A stretch of DNA of 64,000 bases from an uncultured Gemmatimonadales bacterium (GTDB lineage: Bacteria; Gemmatimonadota; Gemmatimonadetes; Longimicrobiales; RSA9). Location of the stretch: NCBI GenBank assembly GCA_963741945.1, contig CAVUKA010000005.1, positions 160,001-224,000 on the forward strand, read 5' to 3'. Both the position numbers and the translations under genes were made by a program. Below, piece after piece: positions 10,379 to 22,892 of the stretch (the first letter of the stretch is position 1; every line of letters starts with the position of its first letter). A model generated the notes under the pieces. The model ran no database searches. It was not told where the DNA came from and worked only from the letters and a program-made list of their open reading frames with translations.

Positions 10379-11368
10379 CTAGAAGACTTTCAGGTTGATG
10401 TACTTCCCCGGGTTCCGCTGGAAGTCGAGGAGCAGGTCCTGAACCAGGGCGTTGGTCTGCACCAGCTGATTGTAGAGAGCGGTGTCCTGGAGCAGCTGCC
10501 CCAGGCTGCCCTGCCCCTGCTGGACCTGTGCCAGGATGGCGCTCAAGGATGCGAACGCGCTGTCCGCCGAAACGATGGTGCTCTGGATGTTGCCACTGGT
10601 GGCGCTCAGCTGACTCGAGAGCGTGTCCAGCGCCGCCGTCGTCGCCTGGACATTGTTCATGATCGCGGTCAGCTGCCCCTGTGAGATGGCGTTCTCGATC
10701 TCGGTGAAGGCGCGGTTCGCCGTCTCCGCCGCTTCGCCCAGGGTCTTCGTGGTGGTCTCCAGCCCCGCGGCCACCTCCTGCACCGTCTGCTCCTGCGCCT
10801 GGACCAGGTTCGTCAGCTGGGACGTGACCTCCTGGATGTTGTCGATGGCCCGTCGGATGTTCAGCGCCGTCTCTTCCGTGAAGGCGATGTCCACCCGGTC
10901 CGTGATCACCGCCAGGTTCTGCGCGATCCGATCCGCCACTGCGGTCAGCCGGGACATGTCCGGCAGCGAATAGCCGGGGAGTACGCCGGGCTCCTGCGGC
11001 ACGGCATAGTCGTAGAAGCCGTATCGCGACCTCGATGAGATCTCCGCCTGCCAGTCGCCGAACATGGACTCCGGCGCCAGGATCACCACCGCGTCTTCCG
11101 GGAGCGCGGCGTCCGAGGAGAGGTTCATCCGAACCATCACCCCGGCCGCGCGTGTATCCAGCGTGATCTCTTCCACCTGACCGATCGGGACGCCCCGCAG
11201 CTTCACGGCGTTTCCCGTCTGCAGCTGACCGACCTCCCGGAACCAGGCCCTCACTTCATGCTCCTCCTGGCCCACGTTCCACCCCTGCATCCAGAGGGTC
11301 CCGGCCACGACCAGGGCAATGCCCAGGATGAAGACGAGCCCCACGCGGACATCGGTTCGCATGCTCAC
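10379..11368 (-). CDS. mlaD: MCE/MlaD family protein
   Basis: N-terminal [16 protein letters not shown] motif, long helical C-terminus with GSLGQLL. Confidence 0.88.
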   Translation of the reverse strand: MSMRTDVRVGLVFILGIALVVAGTLWMQGWNVGQEEHEVRAWFREVGQLQTGNAVKLRGVPIGQVEEITLDTRAAGVMVRMNLSSDAALPEDAVVILAPESMFGDWQAEISSRSRYGFYDYAVPQEPGVLPGYSLPDMSRLTAVADRIAQNLAVITDRVDIAFTEETALNIRRAIDNIQEVTSQLTNLVQAQEQTVQEVAAGLETTTKTLGEAAETANRAFTEIENAISQGQLTAIMNNVQATTAALDTLSSQLSATSGNIQSTIVSADSAFASLSAILAQVQQGQGSLGQLLQDTALYNQLVQTNALVQDLLLDFQRNPGKYINLKVF

Positions 11369-12117
11369 GTCATCGACTCCTGAATCAGCTCGGGCCTCCC
11401 CTCGATGAAACCGCGGACGATCGGGTCGTCCGTGGCCTGGATCTGCTCCGGCGTGCCCACACTGCGAATGCGCCCTTCATACAGCATCGCGATGCGATCC
11501 GCCACTCGGTAGGCGCTCGTCATGTCGTGCGTCACTACCACGCTCGTGACCCCCAGCTCCTGGTCCATCTTGAGGATGAGCCCGTCGATCACCGCCGTCG
11601 TCACGGGATCGAGCCCCGTGGTCGGTTCGTCGTACAGCAGGTACTTCGGGTGCGTGGCCACGGCGCGAGCCAGGCCCACCCGCTTGCGCTGCCCACCCGA
11701 CAGCTGCCCGGGCATCTGCGGGCCGTATCCCTCCATCTCCACCAGCCGGAGCGACTCCTCCACGCGCGCGGCCCGCTCCGCCGGGGACAGCTCCGTCATC
11801 CGCTTCAGCCCCATCTCGATGTTCTGGCGCACCGTCATGGAGTCGAACAGCGCCGCGAACTGGAAGACGTAGCCCACCTGGCGCCGGAGCTGGTACAGCG
11901 CCGGCTTCGACAGCTCCGTCACCACCTTTCCGTCGACTTCCACCCGCCCCTGATCCGGCTCGAGCAGTCCGACAATGGTCTTCAGCAGCACCGACTTCCC
12001 CACGCCGGAAGCGCCGATCACCGCCACAGTCTCCCCCTCGTTCACATCCAGGGAGACGGCCTCCAGCACCAGCTTCGGGCCGAACGACTTGGACACGCCC
12101 TCCAGGATGATGCTCAT
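11365..12117 (-). CDS. mlaF: ABC transporter ATP-binding protein (MlaF)
   Basis: Walker A GASGVGKS, LSGGQ, LYDEPTTGLDP. Confidence 0.92.
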   Translation of the reverse strand: MSIILEGVSKSFGPKLVLEAVSLDVNEGETVAVIGASGVGKSVLLKTIVGLLEPDQGRVEVDGKVVTELSKPALYQLRRQVGYVFQFAALFDSMTVRQNIEMGLKRMTELSPAERAARVEESLRLVEMEGYGPQMPGQLSGGQRKRVGLARAVATHPKYLLYDEPTTGLDPVTTAVIDGLILKMDQELGVTSVVVTHDMTSAYRVADRIAMLYEGRIRSVGTPEQIQATDDPIVRGFIEGRPELIQESMT

Positions 12118-12908
12118 AGCAGCGTCACCGCCCAGAACGCGTCCAGCACCAGGATCAGCATGCTGCTGACCACCACGGCCTGCGTGGTGGACCGACCCAC
12201 CGCCTCCGCGCCGCCCCGCGTGGTGAAGCCGAAGAAGGCGCCAATGGCTGTCACGGCGAAGCCGAAGGAGGCGGCCTTGATCAGGGAATAGGTCACGTCG
12301 AACGTGTAGAAGTACATCCGCACGCCGCGCACGAACTCGGGCGACGAGAGGTCGAGCAGGTTGATGGCCGTGATCCACCCGGCGATGAGGCCCATGGCAT
12401 CCGCGAATGCCACCACCAGCGGGAACATGATCAGCCCCGCCAGCACCCGGGGCACGACCAGGTACGAGAACGGGTTGTAGGCCAGCGTCTCCAGGGCGTC
12501 GATCTGCTCGGTCACGCGCATGGTCCCGATCTCCGCGGCGATGTTCGCACCCACGCGACCGGCGAGCGCCAGGCCGGTCAGCACAGGGCCGAGCTCCAGC
12601 AGCATCGTCTTCCCGACGAGCACACCCACGAAATAGAGCGGAACCGCCCCGGTGAAGGTGTAGGAGGCCTGGAGCGCCAGCACGATACCGGTGAAAGCGG
12701 AGATGAAGAGGGCGATCGGGATGGACGCGACGCCCACTCTCGCCATCTGCGTCACGATCTCCCGCAGCCACGTGGGCGTGTCGGCCACCGCACGAGTGAC
12801 CCGACCGAGGAACCGGCCGAACTCGCCGAACCCGGCCACGAACGTGGTCAGCGATCGGCCGAGCCATGCCAGGGGTACGCTCAATGCGCGGATCATGGCG
12901 CGGAACAT
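12114..12908 (-). CDS. mlaE: ABC transporter permease (MlaE)
   Basis: ELGPVLTGL, GRVGA..AAEIGTMRVTEQIDALE, VGRSTTQAVV; start approximate. Confidence 0.92.
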   Translation of the reverse strand: MFRAMIRALSVPLAWLGRSLTTFVAGFGEFGRFLGRVTRAVADTPTWLREIVTQMARVGVASIPIALFISAFTGIVLALQASYTFTGAVPLYFVGVLVGKTMLLELGPVLTGLALAGRVGANIAAEIGTMRVTEQIDALETLAYNPFSYLVVPRVLAGLIMFPLVVAFADAMGLIAGWITAINLLDLSSPEFVRGVRMYFYTFDVTYSLIKAASFGFAVTAIGAFFGFTTRGGAEAVGRSTTQAVVVSSMLILVLDAFWAVTLL

Positions 12909-12959
12909 AGAAGCGCCCCAGCGCCGCGGCCACCCCGCGGGGGCTGGACGGCGCGCGGC

Positions 12960-13919
12960 TTGCACAGGCCACCGGCCGTGCCCAACGACCGAGCCCGACG
13001 GCCTGCCCGGGGATACGTCATCATCGGCGTGCTCCTCCTCGCTGCCGTCCTGATCGTGAACATGGATGCCGTCCTGGACCTGTTCCGCGACCACCTCCGG
13101 GTGGTGGCCCTCGTCCCGGAAGCTCCAGCCATCCGCGTCGGTTCGCCCGCACTCCTGGAGGGCGTTCCCGTGGGGCGGGTCACGCGCATCGCCTTCGTCC
13201 ATGCGGGAGACTCCGCGACCCTCGCCCTCGATCTGCGTCTGGACGGCCGCGCTCGCGCGCTCCTGCGCTCCGACAGCCGCGCCCGGGCCACGCGCCAGCG
13301 CTTCGTCGGCCAGCCCGTGATCGTGCTCTCGGCCGGGCACGAAGGCGCAGCCACCATCCGCAATGGCGACACGCTCCGGGGGCGGCCACTCCCCTCCCTG
13401 CAGGACATCCTCGAGCGAGGGCGCCGCCTCGGCGCAGCCACCGATTCCGTGCTCCAGGACACGAGCGCGCTTCGCCGTCTGACCAGCGCGCGCGCCCCCG
13501 AGATCCGACGCCTCCGTGACGCCCTTTCCTCCCTGGCCGGCGAGGCCGGAGACCTGGTCACCACCGTCCGCGAAGGCCCCGCGTCCGAGGCCACCCGACC
13601 CGGGGGCGCGCTCGACCGGCTGGGCGCGGTCCGGCGTGACCTGGACCGGGTGATCGAGGCACTCGGCGCGGCGGAATCCCGGTACCGGACCGGAGGGGGA
13701 GGCGAGCTGGGCACGCGGCTCATGGATGTTCGCCGGCGCGCGTCCGAGCTGGACGCTTCGGTGGCCCGGCTCCAGGACCGATTCGGCGCGGGCGCCGGGA
13801 TCGTCGGGAGGCTGCCCCGGGACTCGGCGCTGTTCGTCGCCGTCCAGAGCCTGCGCGCCAGCGTGGACTCGCTGGTCTCCGATGCCGGCAGCCTTGCCGT
13901 CCGGATGTTCCTACCCTGA
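12960..13919 (+). CDS. Second, divergent MCE/MlaD-like protein
   Basis: N-terminal TM, GSPALLEGVPVGRV MCE motif, helical tail; start approximate. Confidence 0.7.
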   Translation: MHRPPAVPNDRARRPARGYVIIGVLLLAAVLIVNMDAVLDLFRDHLRVVALVPEAPAIRVGSPALLEGVPVGRVTRIAFVHAGDSATLALDLRLDGRARALLRSDSRARATRQRFVGQPVIVLSAGHEGAATIRNGDTLRGRPLPSLQDILERGRRLGAATDSVLQDTSALRRLTSARAPEIRRLRDALSSLAGEAGDLVTTVREGPASEATRPGGALDRLGAVRRDLDRVIEALGAAESRYRTGGGGELGTRLMDVRRRASELDASVARLQDRFGAGAGIVGRLPRDSALFVAVQSLRASVDSLVSDAGSLAVRMFLP

Positions 13920-13921
13920 GC

Positions 13922-14269
13922 TCAGCCGTGCCGGTCGACGATGAACTGGATATCGGAGGCGCCCAGATCACCGGGGTCCCCATCACGTGTTCCTGTCTCC
14001 ACGATGATGCGGCGGACCACGCGGCGCGGGTCGTGCAGAACGACCTCGAAGCGGAGCCCCTGTTCGTCGCTGCGGATCTCGGTTCGGACCTGCCGACCGG
14101 GCGCTCTCTCCGGCCCGTCCGGGTTGGAGAACAGCGTCTTGGTCGATTGACGCCCCGAATCCAGCAGGCGAGTGACCTTCACCTGGCCGAGCCAGTCCGG
14201 CTGATAGCTGACGATGTAGTCGCAGCCCTGCTGGTCCGTCCCCTGACCTTCACGATTGTGGCGCGCCAT
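13922..14269 (-). CDS. Hypothetical protein (115 aa)
   Basis: GAGG RBS before ATG; TTGACA-17-GACTTT upstream; protein-like composition (YQPDW..KVTR..GRQSTKTLF). Confidence 0.7.
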   Translation of the reverse strand: MARHNREGQGTDQQGCDYIVSYQPDWLGQVKVTRLLDSGRQSTKTLFSNPDGPERAPGRQVRTEIRSDEQGLRFEVVLHDPRRVVRRIIVETGTRDGDPGDLGASDIQFIVDRHG

Positions 14270-14395
14270 GCGTTCCTCGTCGGTGGGCTGGTAAAGTCCT
14301 CCCACCGCGCCCGGGTGTCAAGCGAATCCACTCGTCCCCGTTCCGGCCGGGGACGACGTGGGCTCGTGGCTTGCCGCGAGCTCGTGGCTTGCCTC

Positions 14396-14424
14396 TTGAC
14401 CCGGGAGCCGGCCCGTGGTAACCT
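14396..14424 (+). promoter_or_regulatory. Sigma70-type promoter of rho
   Basis: TTGACC-17 nt-TAACCT with TG extended -10. Confidence 0.65.
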
Positions 14425-14571
14425 TGCGCCAATCACCCTCGACCACAAACCTGCCGAAGGCGGGACGGCTCCGCCGGTCGAATTTCCGTTCTTCCCACTT
14501 CACACCTCCGCTGTCGGTCCTGACGTCGGCCCGCTGCGGCCGGCACATCGTTGGCCCAGAGCGGACGTGAA

Positions 14572-15837
14572 ATGGAGACTCACGTGGATATCACAGAACT
14601 GAAGAGTAAATCGATCCCCGAGCTCCACGGCATGGCCGAGGAGCTCCAGATTTCTAATTTCTCCGGGCTCCGCAAGCAGGACCTCATCTTCCGCATCGAG
14701 CAGAACCTGCTGGACAGCGATGTGGTCCTGCGCGGAGAGGGCGTTCTCGAGGTTCTGCCGGAAGGGTACGGATTCCTCCGGTCCCAGGACTGGAACTACC
14801 TGTACGGTCCGGACGACATCTACGTCTCGCCCTCCCAGATCAAGCGCTTCGATCTCCGCACGGGCGACACCGTGCTGGGGCAGGTTCGTCCGCCCAAGGA
14901 GGGCGAGCGGTACCTGGCCCTGCTCAAGGTGGAGGAAGTCAATGGCGCCGATCCGGACACGGCGAAGCACCGGATCGCGTTCGACAACCTCCGGCCCCGC
15001 TACCCGGAAGACCGGCTGCGGCTGGAGGAGGCGTCGGCCGACCTCTCCATGCGGCTGATGGACCTGATCAGCCCGATCGGCAAAGGGCAGCGCGGCCTCA
15101 TCGTCTCGCCTCCCAAGGCGGGCAAGACGATCCTCCTCCAGAAGATCGCCAACGCGGTGATCGAGAATCAGCCGGATGTCCACCTCATCGTCCTGCTCAT
15201 CGACGAGCGGCCCGAAGAGGTGACCGACATGGAGGAGCACGTACCGGCCGAAATCATCTCGTCCACGTTCGACGAGCCCGCCGACCGGCACACGCAGGTG
15301 GCGGAGATGGTGCTCGAGAAAGCCAAGCGGCTGGTCGAGGCCGGACGCGACGTGGTCATCCTCCTCGACTCCATCACCCGCCTCGCCCGCGCCTACAACG
15401 TCACCGTGCCGCACTCGGGGAAGATCCTCTCCGGCGGCGTGGACGCGAACGCGCTGCACAAGCCCAAGCGCTTCTTCGGCGCTGCCCGCAACATCGATGG
15501 CGGCGGATCCCTCACCATCATCGCCACCGCGCTCATCGAGACGGGCTCGCGCATGGACGAAGTGATCTTCGAGGAGTTCAAGGGGACGGGGAACATGGAG
15601 GTGATCCTGGACCGGCACATCGCCGACAAGCGGATCTTCCCCGCCATCGACATCAACCGGTCGAGCACCCGCAAGGAAGAGCTGCTCCTCAGCGACTCCG
15701 AGCTCAACCGCGTCTACCTCCTGCGCAACTTCCTCTCGGACATGCCGCCGGCGGAAGCCCTCGAGTTCCTGCTCGAGCGGATGCGGCGGACCAAGACCAA
15801 CCAGGAGTTCCTCGACAGCATGACCAAGGCCGGGTAA
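14572..15837 (+). CDS. rho: Transcription termination factor Rho
   Basis: [52 protein letters not shown]; start ATG 14572 or GTG 14584. Confidence 0.98.
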   Translation: METHVDITELKSKSIPELHGMAEELQISNFSGLRKQDLIFRIEQNLLDSDVVLRGEGVLEVLPEGYGFLRSQDWNYLYGPDDIYVSPSQIKRFDLRTGDTVLGQVRPPKEGERYLALLKVEEVNGADPDTAKHRIAFDNLRPRYPEDRLRLEEASADLSMRLMDLISPIGKGQRGLIVSPPKAGKTILLQKIANAVIENQPDVHLIVLLIDERPEEVTDMEEHVPAEIISSTFDEPADRHTQVAEMVLEKAKRLVEAGRDVVILLDSITRLARAYNVTVPHSGKILSGGVDANALHKPKRFFGAARNIDGGGSLTIIATALIETGSRMDEVIFEEFKGTGNMEVILDRHIADKRIFPAIDINRSSTRKEELLLSDSELNRVYLLRNFLSDMPPAEALEFLLERMRRTKTNQEFLDSMTKAG

Positions 15838-15840
15838 GCA

Positions 15841-15942
15841 ACTGCGGGAGCACTGCGGGAGCACTGCGGGAGCACTGCGGGAGCACTGCGGGAGAGCGCG
15901 GAGGACGGCGGATCACGCGAAGGCGCGGAGAGCGCGGAGGAC
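15841..15942 (+). repeat. Five copies of 11-bp ACTGCGGGAGC followed by one CGCGGAG-family element
   Basis: Units at 15841, 15852, 15863, 15874, 15885; CACGCGAAGGCGCGGAGAGCGCGGAG near 15914. Confidence 0.9.
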
Positions 15943-15986
15943 GGGTGGGGCTGGTCGGGTGGCGCGGACTCAACGGCGGGGGGGAG

Positions 15987-16451
15987 CTAGGGCCGAGCGT
16001 ACGCGGAGGCCGTCACCTTCCCCTCGACGAGCAGTTCGATGGTGGCCTCCTGCGCGCGGCTCAGGCGGGCCGGGGCGCGGAGGAGCACGGCGGACAGGGC
16101 GTCGTCGTCAGGGAGCCAGAGGAGCATGCCCTGGGGCGGGCGATCCGGGTCGGGCGCCAGTGCACGGCCGGAAGGCCCGACCTCCACCACCCGGCCGGTC
16201 CCCGTCTCGTCGATGATCATGCGGCCGTAGTCCAGCCAGGCGGTGAGGGGGTCAGCATCCCCGGCCACGGCGGGTACGAGCCGCTCCTCGAAGTACGCCG
16301 CGGCGCGGTCGTAGCCGGCGGCGTTGCGCTGCTTCAGCTGGCGCAGCGCGTGCCGGAAGTAGGGACGGGGGTCGCGGACGGAGCTGTCGCTGAGTGCCTG
16401 ATCGAGGCGACGATCGGCGCGCGCGCGGCTGTCGTCGGATGCGTCTGCCAT
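15987..16451 (-). CDS. Hypothetical protein (154 aa)
   Basis: Fills gap convergent to rho; DPRPYFR..L, DPL.AW..YG, LS.AQ.AT..LLV pattern looks protein-like. Confidence 0.7.
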   Translation of the reverse strand: MADASDDSRARADRRLDQALSDSSVRDPRPYFRHALRQLKQRNAAGYDRAAAYFEERLVPAVAGDADPLTAWLDYGRMIIDETGTGRVVEVGPSGRALAPDPDRPPQGMLLWLPDDDALSAVLLRAPARLSRAQEATIELLVEGKVTASAYARP

Positions 16452-16553
16452 GGCCGGAGGATGCCGGCGCGCGCGGGGCGGGTCAAGCGGCTTTCACGGA
16501 CCCGGGGGTGGCGCTAACTTAGCCATCCCTTGCCCCCAACCGGAGATTCCGCC

Positions 16554-17108
16554 ATGCCAGCCCAGCGGCTCGAACCCGACCGGATGCCCGTGCCCGAAGC
16601 TTCCCTCCATGGCGACGGCGTGCTGGAGCTGACGTGGGAGGTCTTCGGCGAGCTTTCGCGCGCGCTGGCCGTGAACGTTGCCCGCGACTACGCGCCGAAC
16701 ATCATCATCGGCATCGCCAAGGCGGGCGTGATCCCGGGCGCCGTCATCGCCACCATCCTTCGCCAGGACTTCTTCTCCATGACCATCACCCGCCGGTCGG
16801 GGATGGAACGCGTCCGTGAACAGCCCGAGATCCTGAGCGCGGCGCCGCTCCAGGCGAAAGGCCGGCGCGTGCTGATCGTGGACGAGATCTGCACGTCGGG
16901 CGAGACGCTCCGCATGGCCGTGTCCGCCGTGCGCGCCGTCCGGCCGGCGGCCATCCGGACGGCCAGCAGCTTCGTCAAGGCGGGCGGCTACAAGCCAGAC
17001 TACTACGCGGTGGAGACCGACGCCGCGGTGATCTTCCCGTGGGACCGGCAGGTGGTGGGCGAGGAGGGCGAGCTGGTGGTGAACCCGCAGTACCGGGAGT
17101 TGCTCTGA
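16554..17108 (+). CDS. Type I phosphoribosyltransferase (purine PRTase-like)
   Basis: GIAKAG loop, PRPP motif VLIVDEICTSGETL, PDYY..IFPW. Confidence 0.88.
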   Translation: MPAQRLEPDRMPVPEASLHGDGVLELTWEVFGELSRALAVNVARDYAPNIIIGIAKAGVIPGAVIATILRQDFFSMTITRRSGMERVREQPEILSAAPLQAKGRRVLIVDEICTSGETLRMAVSAVRAVRPAAIRTASSFVKAGGYKPDYYAVETDAAVIFPWDRQVVGEEGELVVNPQYRELL

Positions 17109-17205
17109 GCGGCGACGCGGCAAGCGCCGGCTCGCGGGGCCGTCGCCGACCTGCGTTGCGCCCGCGGGCTGCGGCGGCGGGGGGTGCGGCGGGGCGCCCG
17201 CGCAG

Positions 17206-17490
17206 CTAACGCACGCCGCTGTCGCCGATGTGGTCCTGCCTGGCCTTCGGGTCCGCGGGCGCGTCGAACGGCTCCGAGCGCGCGAACAGCTCGTCCAGCC
17301 GCGCCACCGGCACGTCCTCCAGGGCCCGGTCGGCCGACACGTCGGACGCTGCGATCTCCACCACGCGCCAGCCCCACGAGGTGTTGCTCGTGCAGTGGAA
17401 GATCACCGGGCGAAGCCCCGGATGCCCCTCCTCTGCTCCTTCCTCCGAGAGGTAGACGTCCCAGGTCTCGCCATTCGCGCGGTATTCCAT
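17206..17490 (-). CDS. Hypothetical protein (94 aa)
   Basis: AAGGG RBS plus ATG; MEYRANGETWDVYL..VIFHC..WRVVEI..LDELFARS. Confidence 0.6.
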   Translation of the reverse strand: MEYRANGETWDVYLSEEGAEEGHPGLRPVIFHCTSNTSWGWRVVEIAASDVSADRALEDVPVARLDELFARSEPFDAPADPKARQDHIGDSGVR

Positions 17491-17553
17491 GGCCCTTCGG
17501 GTGCGGTTCGTGCATTCCAGACCGGTCGACCCCTTCATCGAGACGCGAGAGCC

Positions 17554-18328
17554 ATGCCCACATGTCGGTTCCCCCGCCCCCGGCTCACCGCCGCCGCAGC
17601 AATCCTCGCCGCGGCCACGGTCCTCCACGTCGTGCGGAGGCGACCATGGCGCCCCGGGAGCCACCGAAGGCAGCGCCCGACCGGCCGCCGACACACCCGC
17701 GGCTGCCACGCCGGCACAACGCCGCGACCAGGTGACCGACACCGTGCAGGTGGAGGGGATGGCCGTCCCCATGCAGCTCCGCCTCTTCCGCTCCGGCGAT
17801 GACTTCCCGCTTCCGTTCAGCGCCTACGTGCCCGACGACATGGCCGCCGTGAGCGCGGCCGAGACTGACGGCGCCGCGTCCGTCCACTTCTACGCGGAGT
17901 TCGGAGGGCATCGGAACGAGGACGCGTTCGTCCACGTCTTCGTCCATCCCGAGGGGACGCGCGAGAACGAAGCGGTGGCTGCGGCGCGTGGCTACGAGAC
18001 GGGACGGGGCATCCCCGTGAGCCGCGGGCTGGAGCCGGTCCCGGACTCCGCGCGCGCCGCCGCCATTCCCTGGGCCGTTGCCGCGTACCACTTCCGCTAC
18101 CAGGGGGAGGGGGGAATCTGGTACGTGGGGAACATCGCCGTCGGGCAACACGCGGGGCGGTACTTCCAGGTCGTCCAGCACTACCCCGCCGAGTACGGCG
18201 ACGGCTTCGCGCCCCGCGCCTCCATCATCACCCGGACCTGGAGATGGGCCGACGACGGAGGCCTCCAGCCCGACTCGCCCACTCCGCCGCCCGTGGTCGG
18301 CGGAGTGGGTCAGCCGTCCGGCGGCTGA
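17554..18328 (+). pseudogene. Putative lipoprotein with apparent 1-nt insertion near 17626 (frameshift or sequencing error)
   Basis: Signal peptide MPTCRFPRPRLTAAAAILAAATVL is in one frame; TSCGG and mature domain are in the next frame. Confidence 0.6.
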
Positions 18329-18337
18329 CAAAGGCGC

Positions 18338-20350
<2,013 letters not shown>

Positions 20351-20382
20351 CTACCCGGGATGCCCCCGGATGTGCCCGCTTT

Positions 20383-20775
20383 TCAACGGCTTTCGCCCCT
20401 GCCACGGCCGTTCCAGCGAGGGCGCGGAAACCCCGGACCGGAGCCCGCCCCATCCTCGCCCTCGTCGCCAGCCATCACGAAGTGGATCCGGCGGATCCGG
20501 CCCCGCGACCGGCCCTCGTTCAGGCGACGCCGGACATCGGCTTCCATCATCCGCAACTCCATGAGCCAGGCGCTGGAGCGCACCGCCACCACGAGCACAC
20601 CCTCCGAGACGTGCACCGGCTCGGCCACGGCGGCGATCCGATCGCCCACCCGCTCGGCCCAGTCATCCAGCGAGGCGGCCTCCTCCAGCCGCTCGCCCAG
20701 ACCGCTCCGGGCGAGATAGCGGGCGAGCGCCTCGGAAACTTTCATGGGCCCCTTCTTCTTGCTCCCCTCGCTCAT
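20383..20775 (-). CDS. dciA: DciA / DUF721 family protein
   Basis: W..VG..IA..P, L.V.V.SSAW..EL; position between recF and gyrB. Confidence 0.85.
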   Translation of the reverse strand: MSEGSKKKGPMKVSEALARYLARSGLGERLEEAASLDDWAERVGDRIAAVAEPVHVSEGVLVVAVRSSAWLMELRMMEADVRRRLNEGRSRGRIRRIHFVMAGDEGEDGAGSGPGFPRPRWNGRGRGESR

Positions 20776-21908
20776 GCCGCCGCCACGATCTGGCCGGAGG
20801 CGATGCGCCAGCGGGGGAGCGTGCCCCGTCGCACTTCGACGTCCGAAGGCTTGGGCGCCGTCAGCACCACCTGCCCGGGCTGGTCCTCGAGGAGCGCCAG
20901 GACGCGCTCGGAGCGCCCGGGATCCAGCTCCGCGAAGATGTCGTCCAGCAGGATGATCGGCGCGTGCGTCCGCCCCTCCCGGATCGTCTCCGCCTCCACC
21001 AGCCGCAGGGAGATCGCCGCAGTCCGCTGCTGACCCCCGGAGCCGAAGTCGCGCAGGTCGCGGCCGGCGGCGTGGTCGTCGCGGATGAAGCCGAGATCAT
21101 CGCGGTGCGGGCCCCGCAGCGTCACGCCCCGCTCGCGCTCGCGGGCCGCCAGCCGGTCCAGCGCCGCGCTCAGCTCGGTCCGGGCATCGGCGCCGGGCGC
21201 GAGCGGGCCCACGCTGGAGCGGTACTCGAGCCGCGCGGCCACCTCCCCGCCGATCCGCTCGTAGCGCTCCGCGAAGCCGTCCGCGTGCGATGCCACCCAG
21301 GCCGCCCGTGCCTCCATCACCTTGCCTCCCAGCTCCGCGACCGCCCCCGTCCACGGCTCGACCGCCGCCGTCCGCGCGCCCTCCTTGAGCAGCGCGTTCC
21401 GCTGCCGGAGCGCGTGCCGGTACCGCTGGAGCGCCGTCATGTAGCCCCGAACGTTCAGCGACAGCAGGATGTCCAGGAACCGCCGCCGCTCCGCCGGCGA
21501 GCCCGAGACGATGGACACGTCCGACGGCGAGAACACCACCATTCCCACCCTGCCCACCGCGTCACCCAGCCGCTCCGGCTCGGCCCCGTCGATGGTCACC
21601 CGCTTCTTCCGGCGACGGCGATCGTACGCGGCGGCGATCTCCAGCTCCCGCCCCGACCCCCGCTCCTGGAAGCGGCCACGGACGTGGAACGTGTCCTCCC
21701 CGAAGCGCGCGAGCTGGTCGTCCTGCGCGCCCCGGAACGAGCGGAAGATCTCGAGATAGTAGAGGGCTTCGACGAGATTGGTCTTCCCGGACCCGTTGGG
21801 CCCGATGACCGCCGCCCCGGTGGGCGGGAACACCAGGTCCAGGTCCGGAAAGTTCCGGAACTGGCGCAGACGGAGCTCACGACAGACCAGCTCGGGTGGG
21901 GCCTCCAT
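20772..21908 (-). CDS. recF: DNA replication/repair protein RecF
   Basis: FRN, GPNGSGKTN, RRRFLD, GPHRDDL, GSGGQQR, LLDDIFAELD. Confidence 0.96.
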   Translation of the reverse strand: MEAPPELVCRELRLRQFRNFPDLDLVFPPTGAAVIGPNGSGKTNLVEALYYLEIFRSFRGAQDDQLARFGEDTFHVRGRFQERGSGRELEIAAAYDRRRRKKRVTIDGAEPERLGDAVGRVGMVVFSPSDVSIVSGSPAERRRFLDILLSLNVRGYMTALQRYRHALRQRNALLKEGARTAAVEPWTGAVAELGGKVMEARAAWVASHADGFAERYERIGGEVAARLEYRSSVGPLAPGADARTELSAALDRLAARERERGVTLRGPHRDDLGFIRDDHAAGRDLRDFGSGGQQRTAAISLRLVEAETIREGRTHAPIILLDDIFAELDPGRSERVLALLEDQPGQVVLTAPKPSDVEVRRGTLPRWRIASGQIVAAA

Positions 21909-22018
21909 GTGTGGAAAACCTATCACGCGTGCGCGCGCGCGGCAACTCGCGGCCACTCGCCGGCCCCGGCGTGCGCCAGCGCCAAGGCCGGGCCCCGCGG
22001 CCCCGCTTCCCGCTCTGC

Positions 22019-22804
22019 CTACTTCCCCCTGAACTCGGCCGAGCGCTTCTCCAGAAACGCGCCCATCCCCTCCCGCATGTCCTCCGTGGAAGCGAGCAGT
22101 CCGAACAGGTGCGACTCCAGGCCCAATCCCTCGTCGATCCCCGTCTCCAGGCTGCGGTCCACCGCCTCCAGTGCGAAGCGGAGCGCGATGGGGCCGTTCT
22201 TCAGGATGCTGTCCAGCAGCGCTTCGGCGACGATCCGAACCTGGTCGTGCGCCACCACCTTGTTCACCAGGCCGATCTCGTAGGCGCGCTGCGCATCGAT
22301 CATCTCGCCCGTGAGGACCATTTCCAGTGCCCGGCCCCGTCCCACGATCCGCGGGAGCCGCACCGTTCCGCCGTAGCCCGGGATGATCCCCAGCTTCACT
22401 TCCGGCAGCCCGAAGCGCGCTTTCTCACCGGCGATCCGGAGGTGGCAGGAAAGCGCCAGCTCCATCCCGCCACCCAGCGCGTAGCCGTTCACCGCCGCCA
22501 CCACCGGCTTGCCCATCCGCTCCAGGCGCCGGAAGGCGCTCTGCCCCTGGCGCGACACGCCGATCCCGCCAATGGAATCCATTTTCGCCAGCTCGGCGAT
22601 GTCGGCGCCGGCGACGAACGCCTTCTCCCCCTCGCCCGTCACCACCACTCCGCCCACGCCGTCATCCGCTTCCACCTCGCGGAACGCCGCGTCCAGCTCG
22701 TCGATGGTTTCCGCGTTCAGCGCGTTCAGCTTGTCCGGACGCGAAACGACGATGGTGGCCCGCCGCTCCGCCCGCTCCACCCGGATGTTCTTGTAGTCGG
22801 CCAT
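22019..22804 (-). CDS. Enoyl-CoA hydratase (crotonase family)
   Basis: RPDKLNAL, AFVAGADI, NGYALGGGMEL, GLPEVKLGIIPGYGGT. Confidence 0.93.
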   Translation of the reverse strand: MADYKNIRVERAERRATIVVSRPDKLNALNAETIDELDAAFREVEADDGVGGVVVTGEGEKAFVAGADIAELAKMDSIGGIGVSRQGQSAFRRLERMGKPVVAAVNGYALGGGMELALSCHLRIAGEKARFGLPEVKLGIIPGYGGTVRLPRIVGRGRALEMVLTGEMIDAQRAYEIGLVNKVVAHDQVRIVAEALLDSILKNGPIALRFALEAVDRSLETGIDEGLGLESHLFGLLASTEDMREGMGAFLEKRSAEFRGK

Positions 22805-22892
22805 GGTTCGCTCGATTCTGGGGTTGATGACGGCGGGAATATAGACCTCCGCGGCATCGCTCTCAAACGTGCCACGCCGGGATCGCGGCGTC

